Assembly: GCA_965233865.1 (NCBI GenBank)
Contig: OZ247587.1
Coordinates: 1,216,001-1,280,000, forward strand
Reading direction: 5' to 3'
Length of the DNA: 64,000 nt
From: Candidatus Neptunichlamydia sp.
Lineage (GTDB): Bacteria > Chlamydiota > Chlamydiia > Chlamydiales > Simkaniaceae
In this document: piece by piece, positions 48,418-58,947 of the stretch
How the letters are laid out: each line of letters opens with the position of its first letter
How positions within the stretch are numbered: the first letter of the stretch is position 1
Translations under genes and position numbers: made by a program
The notes under the pieces: generated by a model
Databases searched by the model: none
The model's input: only the letters and a program-made list of their open reading frames with translations
What the model was told of the DNA's origin: nothing

Positions 48418-49693
48418 TATAATGGTCCCAGAGATTCGAGCCACTTGTAAGCTAGTTTTCTCCCGATAAAAGGAGAACAGAAATGGCAAAAACAAGAAAA
48501 AAATATTCCGCTGAATTTAAGCTGAAGGTGGTGCTTGAAGTTTTGAAAGGAGAGAAAACGGCAGGAGAGCTTGCTGGGAAATTTGAAGTTCACCCTTTAG
48601 TCCTTGGAGGGTGGAAAAGACACTTTAAAGCCACGGCAGCCCAAATTTTTGAGAAAAGCAATAAGCGTTTGATTACCAAAGAAGAGGAGCAGGAAAAAGG
48701 AGAGTTATTTGAGCAAATTGGAAGGCTAAAAATGGAGCTGGAATGGCTTAAAAAAAAGTACACGGCTTTGAGTTAGCTCTGAGAAAATCTCTTATAGATG
48801 CAGGTGATACTGAGCTATCACAGAGAAAGCAGTGTGAGCTTCTGGGATTAAGTAGATCGACCCTATACTACGTTGAGAACATTCCTAAAAAAGAAGACTT
48901 AGACTTAATGAAAGCAATTGATAAAGAATATCTTAGAAACCCATTTTATGGGAGACGTAGGATGACATTAGAAATGCGCGACCAAGGATTTTTCGTTGGA
49001 GAAAAAAAAGTCAGGACTGCCATGAAAAAAATGGGATTAGAAGCGATTTACCCAAAGCCTAATTTGAGCAAGCCACATCAGGAGCACAAGAAATATCCAT
49101 ATTTGATGAGGTCTGTAAAGGTAGACCGTTCTGACCAAGTGTGGGCTGCAGACATCACGTATATTCCGCTTCAAGGTGGATTTGCATATTTATTTGCAAT
49201 TATTGATTGGTACAGCAGGTTTATCCTTGAATGGGAGCTCTCAAATCTCCTTGATACAGATTTTTGCATAGAGGCTTTGGAAAGAAGTTTGAAAAAAAGC
49301 TGCCCAGAAATTTTCAATACAGATCAGGGAGTGCAGTTCACAAGCTTGTGCTTTACTAAGAGATTAGAAAAAGAGGGTGTGAAAATCAGCATGGACGGGA
49401 AAGGGAGAGCTCTTGATAATATTTTCATAGAGCGTCTTTGGAGAAGTGTGAAGTATGAGGATATTTATCCTAAAGGGTATGAAAGCCTTAAAGAACTAAA
49501 AAAGGGACTAGAGGTGTATTTTGAGTTTTATAATGGACAGCGCCGTCACTAGAGTTTGGGATATCAGACGCCGTCAGAGATCTATTATGGAACAGGCCTT
49601 GAGGTCTAAAGAAGGAATAAGAACTGAATTTAACATCAGGAAAAACTAGCTTAACTTTTGCAAATTTTGGTCTTGACGTCTGGGACCACCATA
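48418..49693 (+). mobile_element. IS3-family element, full length, inserted in a class A promoter
   Basis: Both IRs, 3-bp TSD CTT, orfA 48483-48776, orfB with amber at 49550. Confidence 0.96.
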
Positions 49694-49776
49694 CTTGCTG
49701 TTTATTGGATTTATATTTGCTGGTAAAGCTACAAAGGGATAAAATGAGAATTAAACGAAAACAATGGATGATAATC

Positions 49777-50058
49777 ATGGACTGGACGCAAGCACTTACT
49801 GTTATAGGAGTTTTCATTGGTGGGTTTATCTACATGATGAACAAAATGGACTCTCATCAAAAAGAAAACAATACTCGCTTTAATGGCATAGAAAACCGTC
49901 TCACTGCCATGGAAGTTGAAGTTAAAAACATCAATCAAAGAATCGATGACTTTAAACATGAAACAAGCCAAAGACTCTCTACGATTGAAGGGTATCTAGT
50001 CCCAAAGAAGGTATTTCACTTTGAGGAAAATAAAGACGAAGAACCCAAAGAAAACTGA
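49777..50058 (+). CDS. MDWTQ-family TM/coiled-coil protein (copy 3, shortest)
   Basis: Paralogue lacking both insertions. Confidence 0.8.
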   Translation: MDWTQALTVIGVFIGGFIYMMNKMDSHQKENNTRFNGIENRLTAMEVEVKNINQRIDDFKHETSQRLSTIEGYLVPKKVFHFEENKDEEPKEN

Positions 50059-50186
50059 GCCTCTAGTATGCTAACTGACAATGAAATGCTACAAAAACTT
50101 CAGGAATCTTTAGAGATAAGATTCGATGATCAACGGGATTTATTCATAAGAGAGGACGATAGCGGCAATGGGCAGTTATTGATGTT

Positions 50187-50732
50187 TTAGCAGAGCTTCA
50201 AGTCTCCGCTCATTCCGGTTTCTATTGCTTCAATAAGGCCTGTGCTGTTGTATATGCCCCTTTCTGGATAATTTGTCTGTTCTTCTAAAGAAAGATTTCC
50301 AATATGCCAAGACTTCTCCCCATTCCATAAGTACCAATTCGCTTCCTCTGGACTAGGCTTTTTAAATAGAAATTTCATGCTTTTGAAAATAGGGAACTCT
50401 TGAGCAAAGGCAGGAACAGGAAAGTTTCCAACACGTTCCCAATCACCTACGTTTACACCATGATGAACCGGGCAGAAAGTTTGGAACCTATGAGCCTTTT
50501 CTACACTTTTTTGAAGTTCTTCTATGGAGGGCCTTTTTTGGTAGAATTTCTCAAGAATACGAATCAAGCTCCCATAAACAGGTGGTCCTGTATGCTCATG
50601 AGTATATTGCACATATGCCAGGCCTCTAGATGTAGGAATCTCAATAACATCGCCAATTTTTTTCCTTACACGGCGAATGCATTTTGGAATCTCGGATCGT
50701 TTGGTTTTTGGTCTTTTGATAGATATACTCAT
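50187..50732 (-). CDS. Imm26-like immunity protein (allele 2)
   Basis: KKIGDVIEIPTSRGLAYVQY; diverged paralogue of 4008-4493. Confidence 0.65.
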   Translation of the reverse strand: MSISIKRPKTKRSEIPKCIRRVRKKIGDVIEIPTSRGLAYVQYTHEHTGPPVYGSLIRILEKFYQKRPSIEELQKSVEKAHRFQTFCPVHHGVNVGDWERVGNFPVPAFAQEFPIFKSMKFLFKKPSPEEANWYLWNGEKSWHIGNLSLEEQTNYPERGIYNSTGLIEAIETGMSGDLKLC

Positions 50733-50733
50733 T

Positions 50734-52176
50734 TCATTCCTCTATGTATCCTGCTTCCTGCAATATTTCTGAACCTCTTACGAGTGCTTTGTGATATTTA
50801 GGATTAGACTCCGCAATGCTGTTTATCTTGTTTATCAGTGTACCCCCATTTTTCTCTAGTTTGTGCATTTCAATCAAGGTTTGTTCTACAGCTCTTGCAT
50901 CTGATCTTGTAAGGTTTGAAATACCCTCCATTTCATCCACTTTTATCCCTTTTGATTTCCAGTGTTCCAACTGCCTTCTAGATAGATTATTGGTAATACC
51001 AACGTATTGTACTTCATCAGTTGCTTTATCTATCGATCTGTATGCCGAGATATTCCCCTGCTCCCTAACTACAGGAATCTGAACTTCAACTTGTGGCGTA
51101 TTTGCTCTAGGGATTGGAGGATTCGTTGTAGTAGTCGTAGTCAGAGCACTTCCCGCAGCACCAGTAATAGCCATACCTTTTACAACACCAGAAGCTTTTG
51201 CAACTTTAACTATGGCCTTTGCACTCTTCGCGATCTTAGCAGGCTTACTTAATTGGCTACCAGGAACCGGTACAAAACAAAATACTACGTCCTTGCCAAG
51301 TTCTTTGAGTAATTCTCCCATAGTTTCAGGAGTTGAAGAAGATTTAAAGCTGCCATATTGTCCGGCGTAGTCAGTATTAAAAGATTGGTCTATCTTATCA
51401 TGCAGACGATCGCTAAACGGAACCACGTCATTGCTAAAGAATTCATCGAAAGGTTCCCTTTTTGGAGGGTAATCATCGTATAAAAAGGAATTCATTTTTC
51501 CTAAAGATTCGACAAAGTTAGCTGTTCCATCAACGAAATTATGAACAACATAAGAGCCAACCTCTCGCGCTTTTTCGGCTGCTTGTGACCAAAACGAAGC
51601 TTCGTCTTTCTTTGGAATATTTAAGTTATTTGCAGCTAGCACAGGTTCTTGACTGAGCTCTTCTTTAAGAGTGGTGTTTTGTCTTTCGATAGTTTCTTTT
51701 AGGAGAGCACTTTTCTCGGGTATCGGCTCTAATTGTGGAGTGATCTTTGGTATTAAAGCTTCTATTTCTTTCGGTCGATCATAGTCACAATGGCTTGGAT
51801 AATAGGGATCGTTAAACGAATCAGCGTGAGGTTCTTCTTCATAAATCTCCCCAGCCTTATTTACAGGTGTTCGTGGTTTGGGATTGTTTTTTGGATTCGT
51901 TTCTCCATTGGCATCATAATCTACAGCAGCAGCTCCCGCAGCAATAACAGGCGCAGCAGCTCCACTTGTAGCGATGATAACCACAGTTGCAGCAACTACA
52001 ACAACAGCTGAGATAATCACTACCTTTTTGTTTCTTTTGACGAATTTCTTAGTGCTTTTCCATGTGTTTGATACCCAACTGCAATTGATAATCTTTAGAG
52101 ATTGATACCCATTTAATACCGCAGGAACAGCCTTAACGCCGTAATCTTCATATCTTTTAGGGACGACCACCACCAT
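50734..52176 (-). CDS. Polymorphic toxin, TM plus C-terminal GIY-YIG-like nuclease (allele 2)
   Basis: AYRS...YVGITNNLSRRQLEH...VEQTLIE...INKIN. An upstream frame (52113-52440) is out of phase and is probably the lost N-terminus. Confidence 0.75.
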   Translation of the reverse strand: MVVVVPKRYEDYGVKAVPAVLNGYQSLKIINCSWVSNTWKSTKKFVKRNKKVVIISAVVVVAATVVIIATSGAAAPVIAAGAAAVDYDANGETNPKNNPKPRTPVNKAGEIYEEEPHADSFNDPYYPSHCDYDRPKEIEALIPKITPQLEPIPEKSALLKETIERQNTTLKEELSQEPVLAANNLNIPKKDEASFWSQAAEKAREVGSYVVHNFVDGTANFVESLGKMNSFLYDDYPPKREPFDEFFSNDVVPFSDRLHDKIDQSFNTDYAGQYGSFKSSSTPETMGELLKELGKDVVFCFVPVPGSQLSKPAKIAKSAKAIVKVAKASGVVKGMAITGAAGSALTTTTTTNPPIPRANTPQVEVQIPVVREQGNISAYRSIDKATDEVQYVGITNNLSRRQLEHWKSKGIKVDEMEGISNLTRSDARAVEQTLIEMHKLEKNGGTLINKINSIAESNPKYHKALVRGSEILQEAGYIEE

Positions 52177-52405
52177 CCTCCGTTTCCCTCATTACATTCG
52201 CATTCATCATCAAAAGCTAATTCTGAATTATTTGGTTCTCCTCTAAGCCATTTGATGTCTTCTTCGAGTTGAGCCTTAGCTTCAAGATCGTCGTCGCGAA
52301 TGCCATTTCTAGCCAAGAAAATGACAAACTCCATGACTTGACTGGTCTGTGCTTCAGTTAGGTGCTTTTCTAAGGTGTTGCCATAAGCTACTTCATAAAG
52401 GAAAT

Positions 52406-52840
52406 CTATGATGTGCTGATAGGAAAGAGTTTCGTAATTGAGTAAGTCCCAAGGCGAAAAGTTTGTGTAATCGCCTTCAGAATGGCCTTGAGATACCTTC
52501 CAAAGTGAGCTTTTTGTAGATAATTTAAGAGCTTTCTTCTTGCAAAGACATATCTTACTAAGAGCGCTCTCATGCCTAAGAACTCCTTAGTTTCCTTATC
52601 AACGCCATGCATGTCTATTTCTAGTCTTTGAATTTTTTCGGTATATACGCCAATCCCTACATCACATGAAGAATTGTCCTGAGGAGATGTTTGCCACCGT
52701 TTGATGATGTCGCGCATGTCAACAATGTTAATACTATCAACCGTGCTTGATTTATTAGAAAGAGGCTTGCCTTTCTTGACTCTCCTCGGAGGGACAAAAT
52801 TTCGGATGGTTTTTTCGCAGTAGAAATTCTTGCCACTTAC
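52406..52840 (-). pseudogene. S15-like domain copy with the HTH deleted
   Basis: Near-identical to 6862-7296; 5' part replaced by the RING gene end. Confidence 0.7.
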
Positions 52841-53331
52841 TTTTTTGCTTTTTGAGATCCCAACGATGCTGTTTTTTTCTTAGGTTGTGCTTCATTATTT
52901 TTTACCGTTCTTTTAAATATTTTTGTTACTTTTTCAAGATGTTCTACCGTTTCGCCAAATGACTGGTCATATAAGAAAAACCGCCCCGTTGTTTCAGATC
53001 TACAAATCGGACAAGGGATTTTATCGTCCATTGTGAAGCCCTTTGTTTTTCCAATCATTTCTACAGCTTTCGCGCTTAAAGCATGGCTACAACGCATCAC
53101 TAAAGGAGTTTTAATTGGTTCATACATCACTGGATCTAAAGCATATCCAGACAATTCTTCACATAAAGGCCTAAGCTCCTCAACTATCCTATCGTTCATT
53201 GTTTTTTGAGCTTTCATTTCGCGTATTTCAATCTCTCGATCTTTTAATTCTGCTCGCGCTTCAAGCTGTGATCGCATTGCTTGTTCAAAATAAGTGATGG
53301 TGCTTGTTGGTGTAATTGCTATGGCTGACAT
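52837..53331 (-). CDS. RING/U-box-like protein (leader B2, type gamma)
   Basis: RING half almost identical to 9385-9921, different leader. Confidence 0.85.
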   Translation of the reverse strand: MSAIAITPTSTITYFEQAMRSQLEARAELKDREIEIREMKAQKTMNDRIVEELRPLCEELSGYALDPVMYEPIKTPLVMRCSHALSAKAVEMIGKTKGFTMDDKIPCPICRSETTGRFFLYDQSFGETVEHLEKVTKIFKRTVKNNEAQPKKKTASLGSQKAKK

Positions 53332-53580
53332 CTCGTTCTCCTTGTGTCTATTATAACACATTTTACGCTGAATCGTGGCATGAATTCTCGCATTTTTAAA
53401 AATATTTTCATGTAGAAATGCAGGGAGTATATCATGAGACGGATATCGAGTTTTAAGTTTATTCTTCTCTAAAAAAGTTCAATGGGAGTATCTTAGTGAA
53501 AGCTCAAGCTTAATTATTAAGGGAATGCAAATAAAAATTTAAACACTCAGATGATTAGACAACGAACAAAGGAGTTCCAA

Positions 53581-54747
53581 ATGACATCACCAATAGGAAA
53601 TACAAGTGTAAATGTCTCAAGTAACTTACTAAATCAAAATATTAAAGAGCCTTTTTTATCATCTTTTGGCTCGTCATCAGATGGTCTTTTTCAAAGAGAA
53701 GGAGAGGAATTCAAAAGTACTCTTACTCTTCAAAGAGATGTTTCTCCCTCAAGATCACTAACTTCTTCTTCTTCAAATGGCATCTACAAGGACGATGGAG
53801 ACGCTGTTGTTGTGAATCCATTTTCTTCTTCAGCTATAAGTAGCGCACATATAGAGCAAATAAGAGCTATTGTACTTTTAGAAACAGATCCTTTGAAGGA
53901 GAAAGTGACAGTACTTGAATCTGAGAATAAAGCACTTCATGGAAGGTTCACGGTCGTTGAGACAGAAAACCAAGGGCTTAGGATTGAAAATGGTCAGCTG
54001 AAGGAAGAAATTACAACCGTTAGGGGTAAAAATGGTCAGCTAGAGGCAGAAGTTACAACCGTTAGGGATGAAAATGGAAAACTTGAGGCAGAAGTTACAA
54101 CCGTTAGGGATGAAAATGGAAAACTTGAGGCAGAAGTTACAACCGTTAGGGATGAAAATGGAAAACTTGAGGCAGAAGTTACAACCGTTAGGGATGAAAA
54201 TGGAAAACTTGAGGCAGAAGTTACAACCGTTAGGGATGAAAATAGAACACTTGAGGCAGAAGTTACAACCGTTAGGGATGAAAATAGAACACTTGAGGCA
54301 GAAGTTACAACCGTTAGGGATGAAAATAGAACACTTGAGGCAGAAGTTACAACCGTTAGGGATGAAAATAGAACACTTGGGGTAGAAAACATCCAACAAA
54401 GAGACGCTATACAAAGAATTGAAAGAGCAGTAAATGCTCCAGAAGAAAAGAAATATCTTACTCTAAGAGAACAAGTTTCTGAAATAGGCAATGCCATAAT
54501 TAATCCCGTGCCTGCCCGCAAGAATCCATTACTGGGAGCGGTGAAAGTTGTAGGTGGGGTAGTATCTATCATTGCTATCGACGCATTGACTGGAGCAGCA
54601 TTAGTGGGAGCTGGACCTATAGCGGGACCAGCGATCGTAGCAACATATGCGGCTACTTCTGTAGGGTCCTTAGGATTTTCAATAGTACATGCTATGGGAG
54701 TAGGAGTGGGCATCCAAGATCGAGTAACTGGAAATGTACCAAAGTAG
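53581..54747 (+). CDS. Inc-like protein: Ser-rich N-terminus, repeat coiled coil, C-terminal bilobed hydrophobic domain
   Basis: MTSPIGNTSVNVSS after AAGGAG; 14-aa repeats; ~60-aa Gly/Ala/Val hairpin. Confidence 0.7.
   Translation: MTSPIGNTSVNVSSNLLNQNIKEPFLSSFGSSSDGLFQREGEEFKSTLTLQRDVSPSRSLTSSSSNGIYKDDGDAVVVNPFSSSAISSAHIEQIRAIVLLETDPLKEKVTVLESENKALHGRFTVVETENQGLRIENGQLKEEITTVRGKNGQLEAEVTTVRDENGKLEAEVTTVRDENGKLEAEVTTVRDENGKLEAEVTTVRDENGKLEAEVTTVRDENRTLEAEVTTVRDENRTLEAEVTTVRDENRTLEAEVTTVRDENRTLGVENIQQRDAIQRIERAVNAPEEKKYLTLREQVSEIGNAIINPVPARKNPLLGAVKVVGGVVSIIAIDALTGAALVGAGPIAGPAIVATYAATSVGSLGFSIVHAMGVGVGIQDRVTGNVPK
54043..54378 (+). repeat. 42-bp coding tandem repeat, 8 units
   Basis: 4 x EAEVTTVRDENGKL then 4 x EAEVTTVRDENRTL. 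Confidence 0.97.
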
Positions 54748-54750
54748 GTT

Positions 54751-55896
54751 ATGATGTTAGCAATTACGACTTTTTCACAGCCTCCAGAACTCTTTAAGTG
54801 CCTAATTTGCTTAGATCCTATGGAAGAAAATGCTTGTTCATCAGCTAGGTGCAAGCACTCCTTTCATAAGATATGCATAGAGGATTGGCTGAAGGAAAAT
54901 AACAATTGTCCAGCTTGTAGAACGGATAGACTAAGCAAAACCCTTTTTGTAGATAACAAGGAGATTGCTAGCGAATATCATAAGTGGAAAGATAATCCAG
55001 TAGTGTATGTTGTTCCTCAAGAAGACTCTGACTCAATAAGGCCTCCATCTCTAAGGGGGCCTGGTTGGCAACGAGATCTTTCAGCAAAAGAGGCTGTAGC
55101 GCATTTAAATGAAAGGCTAGATGACAATTGCTCTACTTCTGAAAGGAGAAAAAATGCTAATGAAGCTTTTGATGCTTTGAAGAAGGAGAGCGATGAGATC
55201 AAAAAAGATCAACAAAACATACGTAAAGATCTTATAGACATACGTAAAGATCAACAAAACATACGTAAAGGTCAAGAAAACATACGTAAAGGTCAAAAAA
55301 CCATAAGCGAAGATCTTATAGACATACGTAAAGATCAACAAAACATACGTAAAGATCTTATAGACATACGTAAAGATCAACAAAACATACGTAAAGATCT
55401 TATAGACATACGTAAAGATCAACAAAACATACGTAAAGATCTTATAGACATACGTAAAGATCAACAAAACATACGTAAAGGTCAAGAAAACATACGTAAA
55501 GGTCAAGAAAACATACGTAAAGGTCAAGAAAACATATGTAAAGGTCAACAAAACATACGTAAAGATCTTATAGACATACGTAAAGATCAACAAAACATAC
55601 GTAAGGGTCAACGTGAAAATGCAGTCTCCATTGAAAAGCTAAATAAACGCTTTGGGATACGGCCTGATCAACCACCAATGTCTTCGTCCTTCTCTTCTCA
55701 GGGATTAACGTCAGAATCTTCAACCCCATCTACACCTCCCCAAAGAATCAGCCCTATTAGAAAACAGCAATCGACTTCAGCACCACCGAACATACTGAGT
55801 CATAGAACTGTTAGAATATTTTTATTGGGTATGATAGCGGGTGCCTGTACGAGGATTGTATGGAAAGTATTAGAGAGATTCAAAAGCAGAAGGTGA
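54751..55896 (+). CDS. RING-H2 E3 ligase-like protein with heptad repeats and C-terminal TM
   Basis: CLIC...CKHSFHKICIEDWL...CPAC is canonical C3H2C3; tail IFLLGMIAGACTRIVW. Confidence 0.9.
   Translation: MMLAITTFSQPPELFKCLICLDPMEENACSSARCKHSFHKICIEDWLKENNNCPACRTDRLSKTLFVDNKEIASEYHKWKDNPVVYVVPQEDSDSIRPPSLRGPGWQRDLSAKEAVAHLNERLDDNCSTSERRKNANEAFDALKKESDEIKKDQQNIRKDLIDIRKDQQNIRKGQENIRKGQKTISEDLIDIRKDQQNIRKDLIDIRKDQQNIRKDLIDIRKDQQNIRKDLIDIRKDQQNIRKGQENIRKGQENIRKGQENICKGQQNIRKDLIDIRKDQQNIRKGQRENAVSIEKLNKRFGIRPDQPPMSSSFSSQGLTSESSTPSTPPQRISPIRKQQSTSAPPNILSHRTVRIFLLGMIAGACTRIVWKVLERFKSRR
55200..55610 (+). repeat. 21-bp coding tandem repeat mosaic
   Basis: IRKDQQN / IRKDLID / IRKGQEN units sharing ACATACGTAAAG. 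Confidence 0.95.
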
Positions 55897-55984
55897 TAAA
55901 TAATAAAATTATCTGAATTTGAAAATTACCTTCGTGCGCAAATCCGCCTGATCAAGAATAAAAAAAGAATGCTTTTTAGGGGTG

Positions 55985-56315
55985 GCGTCTATTGTTGCTA
56001 TCGATGCATTGGCAGGATCAGCACTCGTTGGAGCAGGAACTATAGCAGGACCAGTGATCGTAGTAACATCTGTGGCTGCTTTTGCAGGGGCCTTTACATT
56101 TTCAGTTGTAAATTCTATAGGAGCAGGAGTGGGTATCCAATCTAGAATAACAGGAAATGTACTAAAGTAGGTTATGATGTTAGCAATTACGACTTTTTCA
56201 CAGCCTCCAGAACTCTTTAAGTGCCTAATTTGCTTAGATCCTATGGAAGAAAATGCTTGTTCATCAGCTAGGTGCAAGCACTCCTTTCATAAGATATGCA
56301 TAGAGGATTGGCTGA
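55985..56315 (+). pseudogene. Partial duplicate: Inc-like hydrophobic tail plus RING-H2 N-terminus
   Basis: 56174-56315 matches 54751-54892; the upstream part is a diverged paralogue of the Inc-like tail. Confidence 0.85.
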
Positions 56316-56487
56316 TGGTATCAACAAGGCAAGAGAGAATGGTGTGCAGTTTGGTCGCAGATCTAAGATGAATAAAGAGGAGATCAAAGAACTCAAAGAG
56401 AAGCGAAAGACAATGATGATCAAAGAGCTAATGAAAGAGTATGGACTATCAAAGTCAAGCGTCTACAAGTACCTGAGTAGAGCCTAG
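56311..56487 (+). pseudogene. Serine resolvase/invertase C-terminal remnant
   Basis: GINKARENGVQFGRRSKM...IKELMKEYGLSKSSVYKYL (arm, GR motif, HTH). Confidence 0.8.
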
Positions 56488-56720
56488 ACCTCAAAGGGAC
56501 CCAGAACCTAGTGGTCGTCGCAAAGGGGGGCCACCCCTAAAAAGCATTCTTTTTTTATTCTTGATCAAGGTGATTTACGCACGAAGGGGATTTTCAAAAT
56601 ACGTGTTATTCCTATCATGATATACTCTCTGCATTTCTACATGAAAAATTTTTTAAAAAAGCAAAAATTCATTCCACGATTCAGTGCAAAATGTGTTATA
56701 ATAGACACAAGGAGAACAAG

Positions 56721-57164
56721 ATGTCCGTCATATTAAGCATTCAACAAAACATCCTTTATTTTGAAGAATCAATGCGTACTCAGCTCAAAACACAAGAATC
56801 CGAAATGAGAGAACAGCTCAAAACACAAGAGACTGAGATTCGGGCAGAGAAGGTGAAGAACATAACGAATACTAGGATAGTAGAAGAGCTCAGACCTCTT
56901 TGTGAGGAAGTGCCTCCTGATGCTCTAGATCCTGTTACTATGGAGCCTTTTGAAGAACCACTTTTATATGGATGCGGCCATGCTTTTGATCTGTCTACAA
57001 TTATGAATATAGCTAAAGCAAACCACTTAGGGCAACAGGATCTTCTAGAATGTCCGAAATGTAGGAAAAGTTATCGATTAAGAAGTTTTTTTACTCCTCT
57101 AAATTTAATAGGTTGCACAGATGCATTTAAAAGAATAAGTCAAGTTTTTAAGAGGCACAAATGA
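56721..57164 (+). CDS. RING/U-box-like protein (type epsilon)
   Basis: Constant block, CGHAFD...CPKCR. Confidence 0.85.
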   Translation: MSVILSIQQNILYFEESMRTQLKTQESEMREQLKTQETEIRAEKVKNITNTRIVEELRPLCEEVPPDALDPVTMEPFEEPLLYGCGHAFDLSTIMNIAKANHLGQQDLLECPKCRKSYRLRSFFTPLNLIGCTDAFKRISQVFKRHK

Positions 57165-57565
57165 GCTCAATTATCTCTGATTTTTCAATAGATCTAGACG
57201 ACTTTTTATCTAAAATGCAAACTCGCTTATCTGATAATAAAATTAGTCATGACGAGTATAAAAACACTCTTGAAAATGAAGAGAAAAGAAGGCTTGCTTA
57301 CAATAGGAGTCTTTATGAAGCCCTTATGTATCCGCCAGACTCTGTATCTCAGTCTAGCCTTGAAGCGTCTGTTCCAAGATCAACAAAAGATCAAGATTAT
57401 CAAACATTTAATAAAAAGATGCTTGATCGATCAGAGAATGGAGAAATCAGTCACGAAGAGTACAAAGATGAAATATTGAAAGAATTTGAACGAAGAAGCG
57501 CTTACAGTAGGAGTCTTTATGAAGCTCTAGGGTACCCGCCAGAGCCTGCAAAAAGCAGAGGATAG
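57161..57565 (+). CDS. RING-partner with an internal duplication
   Basis: Two copies of ISH.EYK...RR.AY.RSLYEAL.YPP; ATGA overlap. Confidence 0.7.
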   Translation: MSSIISDFSIDLDDFLSKMQTRLSDNKISHDEYKNTLENEEKRRLAYNRSLYEALMYPPDSVSQSSLEASVPRSTKDQDYQTFNKKMLDRSENGEISHEEYKDEILKEFERRSAYSRSLYEALGYPPEPAKSRG

Positions 57566-57605
57566 AACTTTTGAAAGAACGGCTCTCAGGGAAGCTTTTG
57601 AAAAT

Positions 57606-58289
57606 ATGCCTAGAGAAGATTTAGCTACCGACAGGTTTGAAAGACAAAAAACTGAAATAGCGTTTAATCTACTCCCTCAAAGATCACAAAGTAGTGAACG
57701 AGAAACTCCACCCGATGAAGCTCTATACTACAACGATCTCGAATGGGAGCCAATTAACACGGACCGACTAGAACAAACTCAATTTGCTGACTGGCTTCAC
57801 GGAAACTCCGATTACAAACCGAATAAGATGAATTGTTATGAAGGTGTTTGCTACGACCTTCTTTCAAGAGAAAAACTAGATAAAGAAAAGCTCAGAGAAA
57901 GGCTTACGGCTGATTTTCCGGGGGAAGAAAAGAGACCAACGGTCGGTCGCGCATATTCAGACAGTCTATTAAGTGTGCTTGACCCTAAGGATACTCGAAA
58001 AACCGTTAGCTATGATGACGTGCAATCTGGAAAACACAATATTCCTGCTGGATCTGTTATATTTGCAAACGACGAAAGTCCAAGAGACCATGTTTTCATG
58101 ACAAGAACTGGAGAGAGTAATCCAGTACGTTCTTTATGGAGTAAAAACCGGGGAAGCGGTAATTTTTCCAGAAGTTGGCTAAAAGACGTTGTAGATGAAT
58201 TTTACAAAGGGAAAGGAATGGATGGAAAAGAAACAACTCTTCTCTACAACACAGCCTTTGCAGATCCTGTTCTTCAACAAATGCGATAA
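57606..58289 (+). CDS. Papain-like Cys/His domain protein
   Basis: MNCYEGVCYDL...DHVFMT...VRSLWS...YNTAFA. Confidence 0.65.
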   Translation: MPREDLATDRFERQKTEIAFNLLPQRSQSSERETPPDEALYYNDLEWEPINTDRLEQTQFADWLHGNSDYKPNKMNCYEGVCYDLLSREKLDKEKLRERLTADFPGEEKRPTVGRAYSDSLLSVLDPKDTRKTVSYDDVQSGKHNIPAGSVIFANDESPRDHVFMTRTGESNPVRSLWSKNRGSGNFSRSWLKDVVDEFYKGKGMDGKETTLLYNTAFADPVLQQMR

Positions 58290-58539
58290 TTTGAACTAAA
58301 TTCACATTAAAACATTCCAAATCCCAACTAGTTACCCTTAAAAAGGGGGCCACCCCTAAAAAGCATTCTTTTTTTATTGTTGATCAAGCTGATTTACGCA
58401 CGAATGAAAAATTCAAAATACGTGTTATTCCTCTCATGATATACTCCCTGCATTTCTACATGAAAAGTTTTTTAAAAACACAAGAATTCATGCCACGATT
58501 CAGTGCAAAATGTGTTATAATAGACACAAGGAGAACAAG

Positions 58540-58947
58540 ATGAGCATATCAATCACACCAAAAAACAGCAATACCGTCGCAACACAAACAATGTCGATTG
58601 ATGAATTGTTTGAAGAGAGATATAAAGAACGACAGACAAGAGATAGCAAGATTGTTGAAGAACTAAGGCCTTTGTGCGAAGAACTACCTCCAGATGCTCT
58701 AGATCCTGTGACTATGGAGCCTTTTACACTAGAGAACATTCCATTAGTCTTCAAATGCGGGCATGTATTTAATAAAGAGACAATTAAATCTCTAATCGCG
58801 AATAACCCTGAAAAAAATTCAGGAATATCATGTGCTGTCTGCAAAGAAAAAATTTTTAAAAACCACATATCAGAATGCGTTCCTCTTGAGGGGTTAGTGG
58901 GACACAACAAAAAAATAAACAGAGTCTTTAAAAAATATGCCGAGTAA
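58540..58947 (+). CDS. RING/U-box-like protein (leader B1, type delta)
   Basis: Constant block, FKCGHVFNKETI...CAVC. Confidence 0.85.
   Translation: MSISITPKNSNTVATQTMSIDELFEERYKERQTRDSKIVEELRPLCEELPPDALDPVTMEPFTLENIPLVFKCGHVFNKETIKSLIANNPEKNSGISCAVCKEKIFKNHISECVPLEGLVGHNKKINRVFKKYAE

Noticed and set aside
54043..55610. 42-bp and 21-bp repeats as a CRISPR array
   Set aside because: Head-to-tail in-frame coding repeats with no unique spacers and no cas genes.
54036..55611. Alternative-frame and antisense ORFs (54036-54854, 54040-54414, 54068-54385, 55117-55611)
   Set aside because: Stop-free shadows of the tandem repeats.
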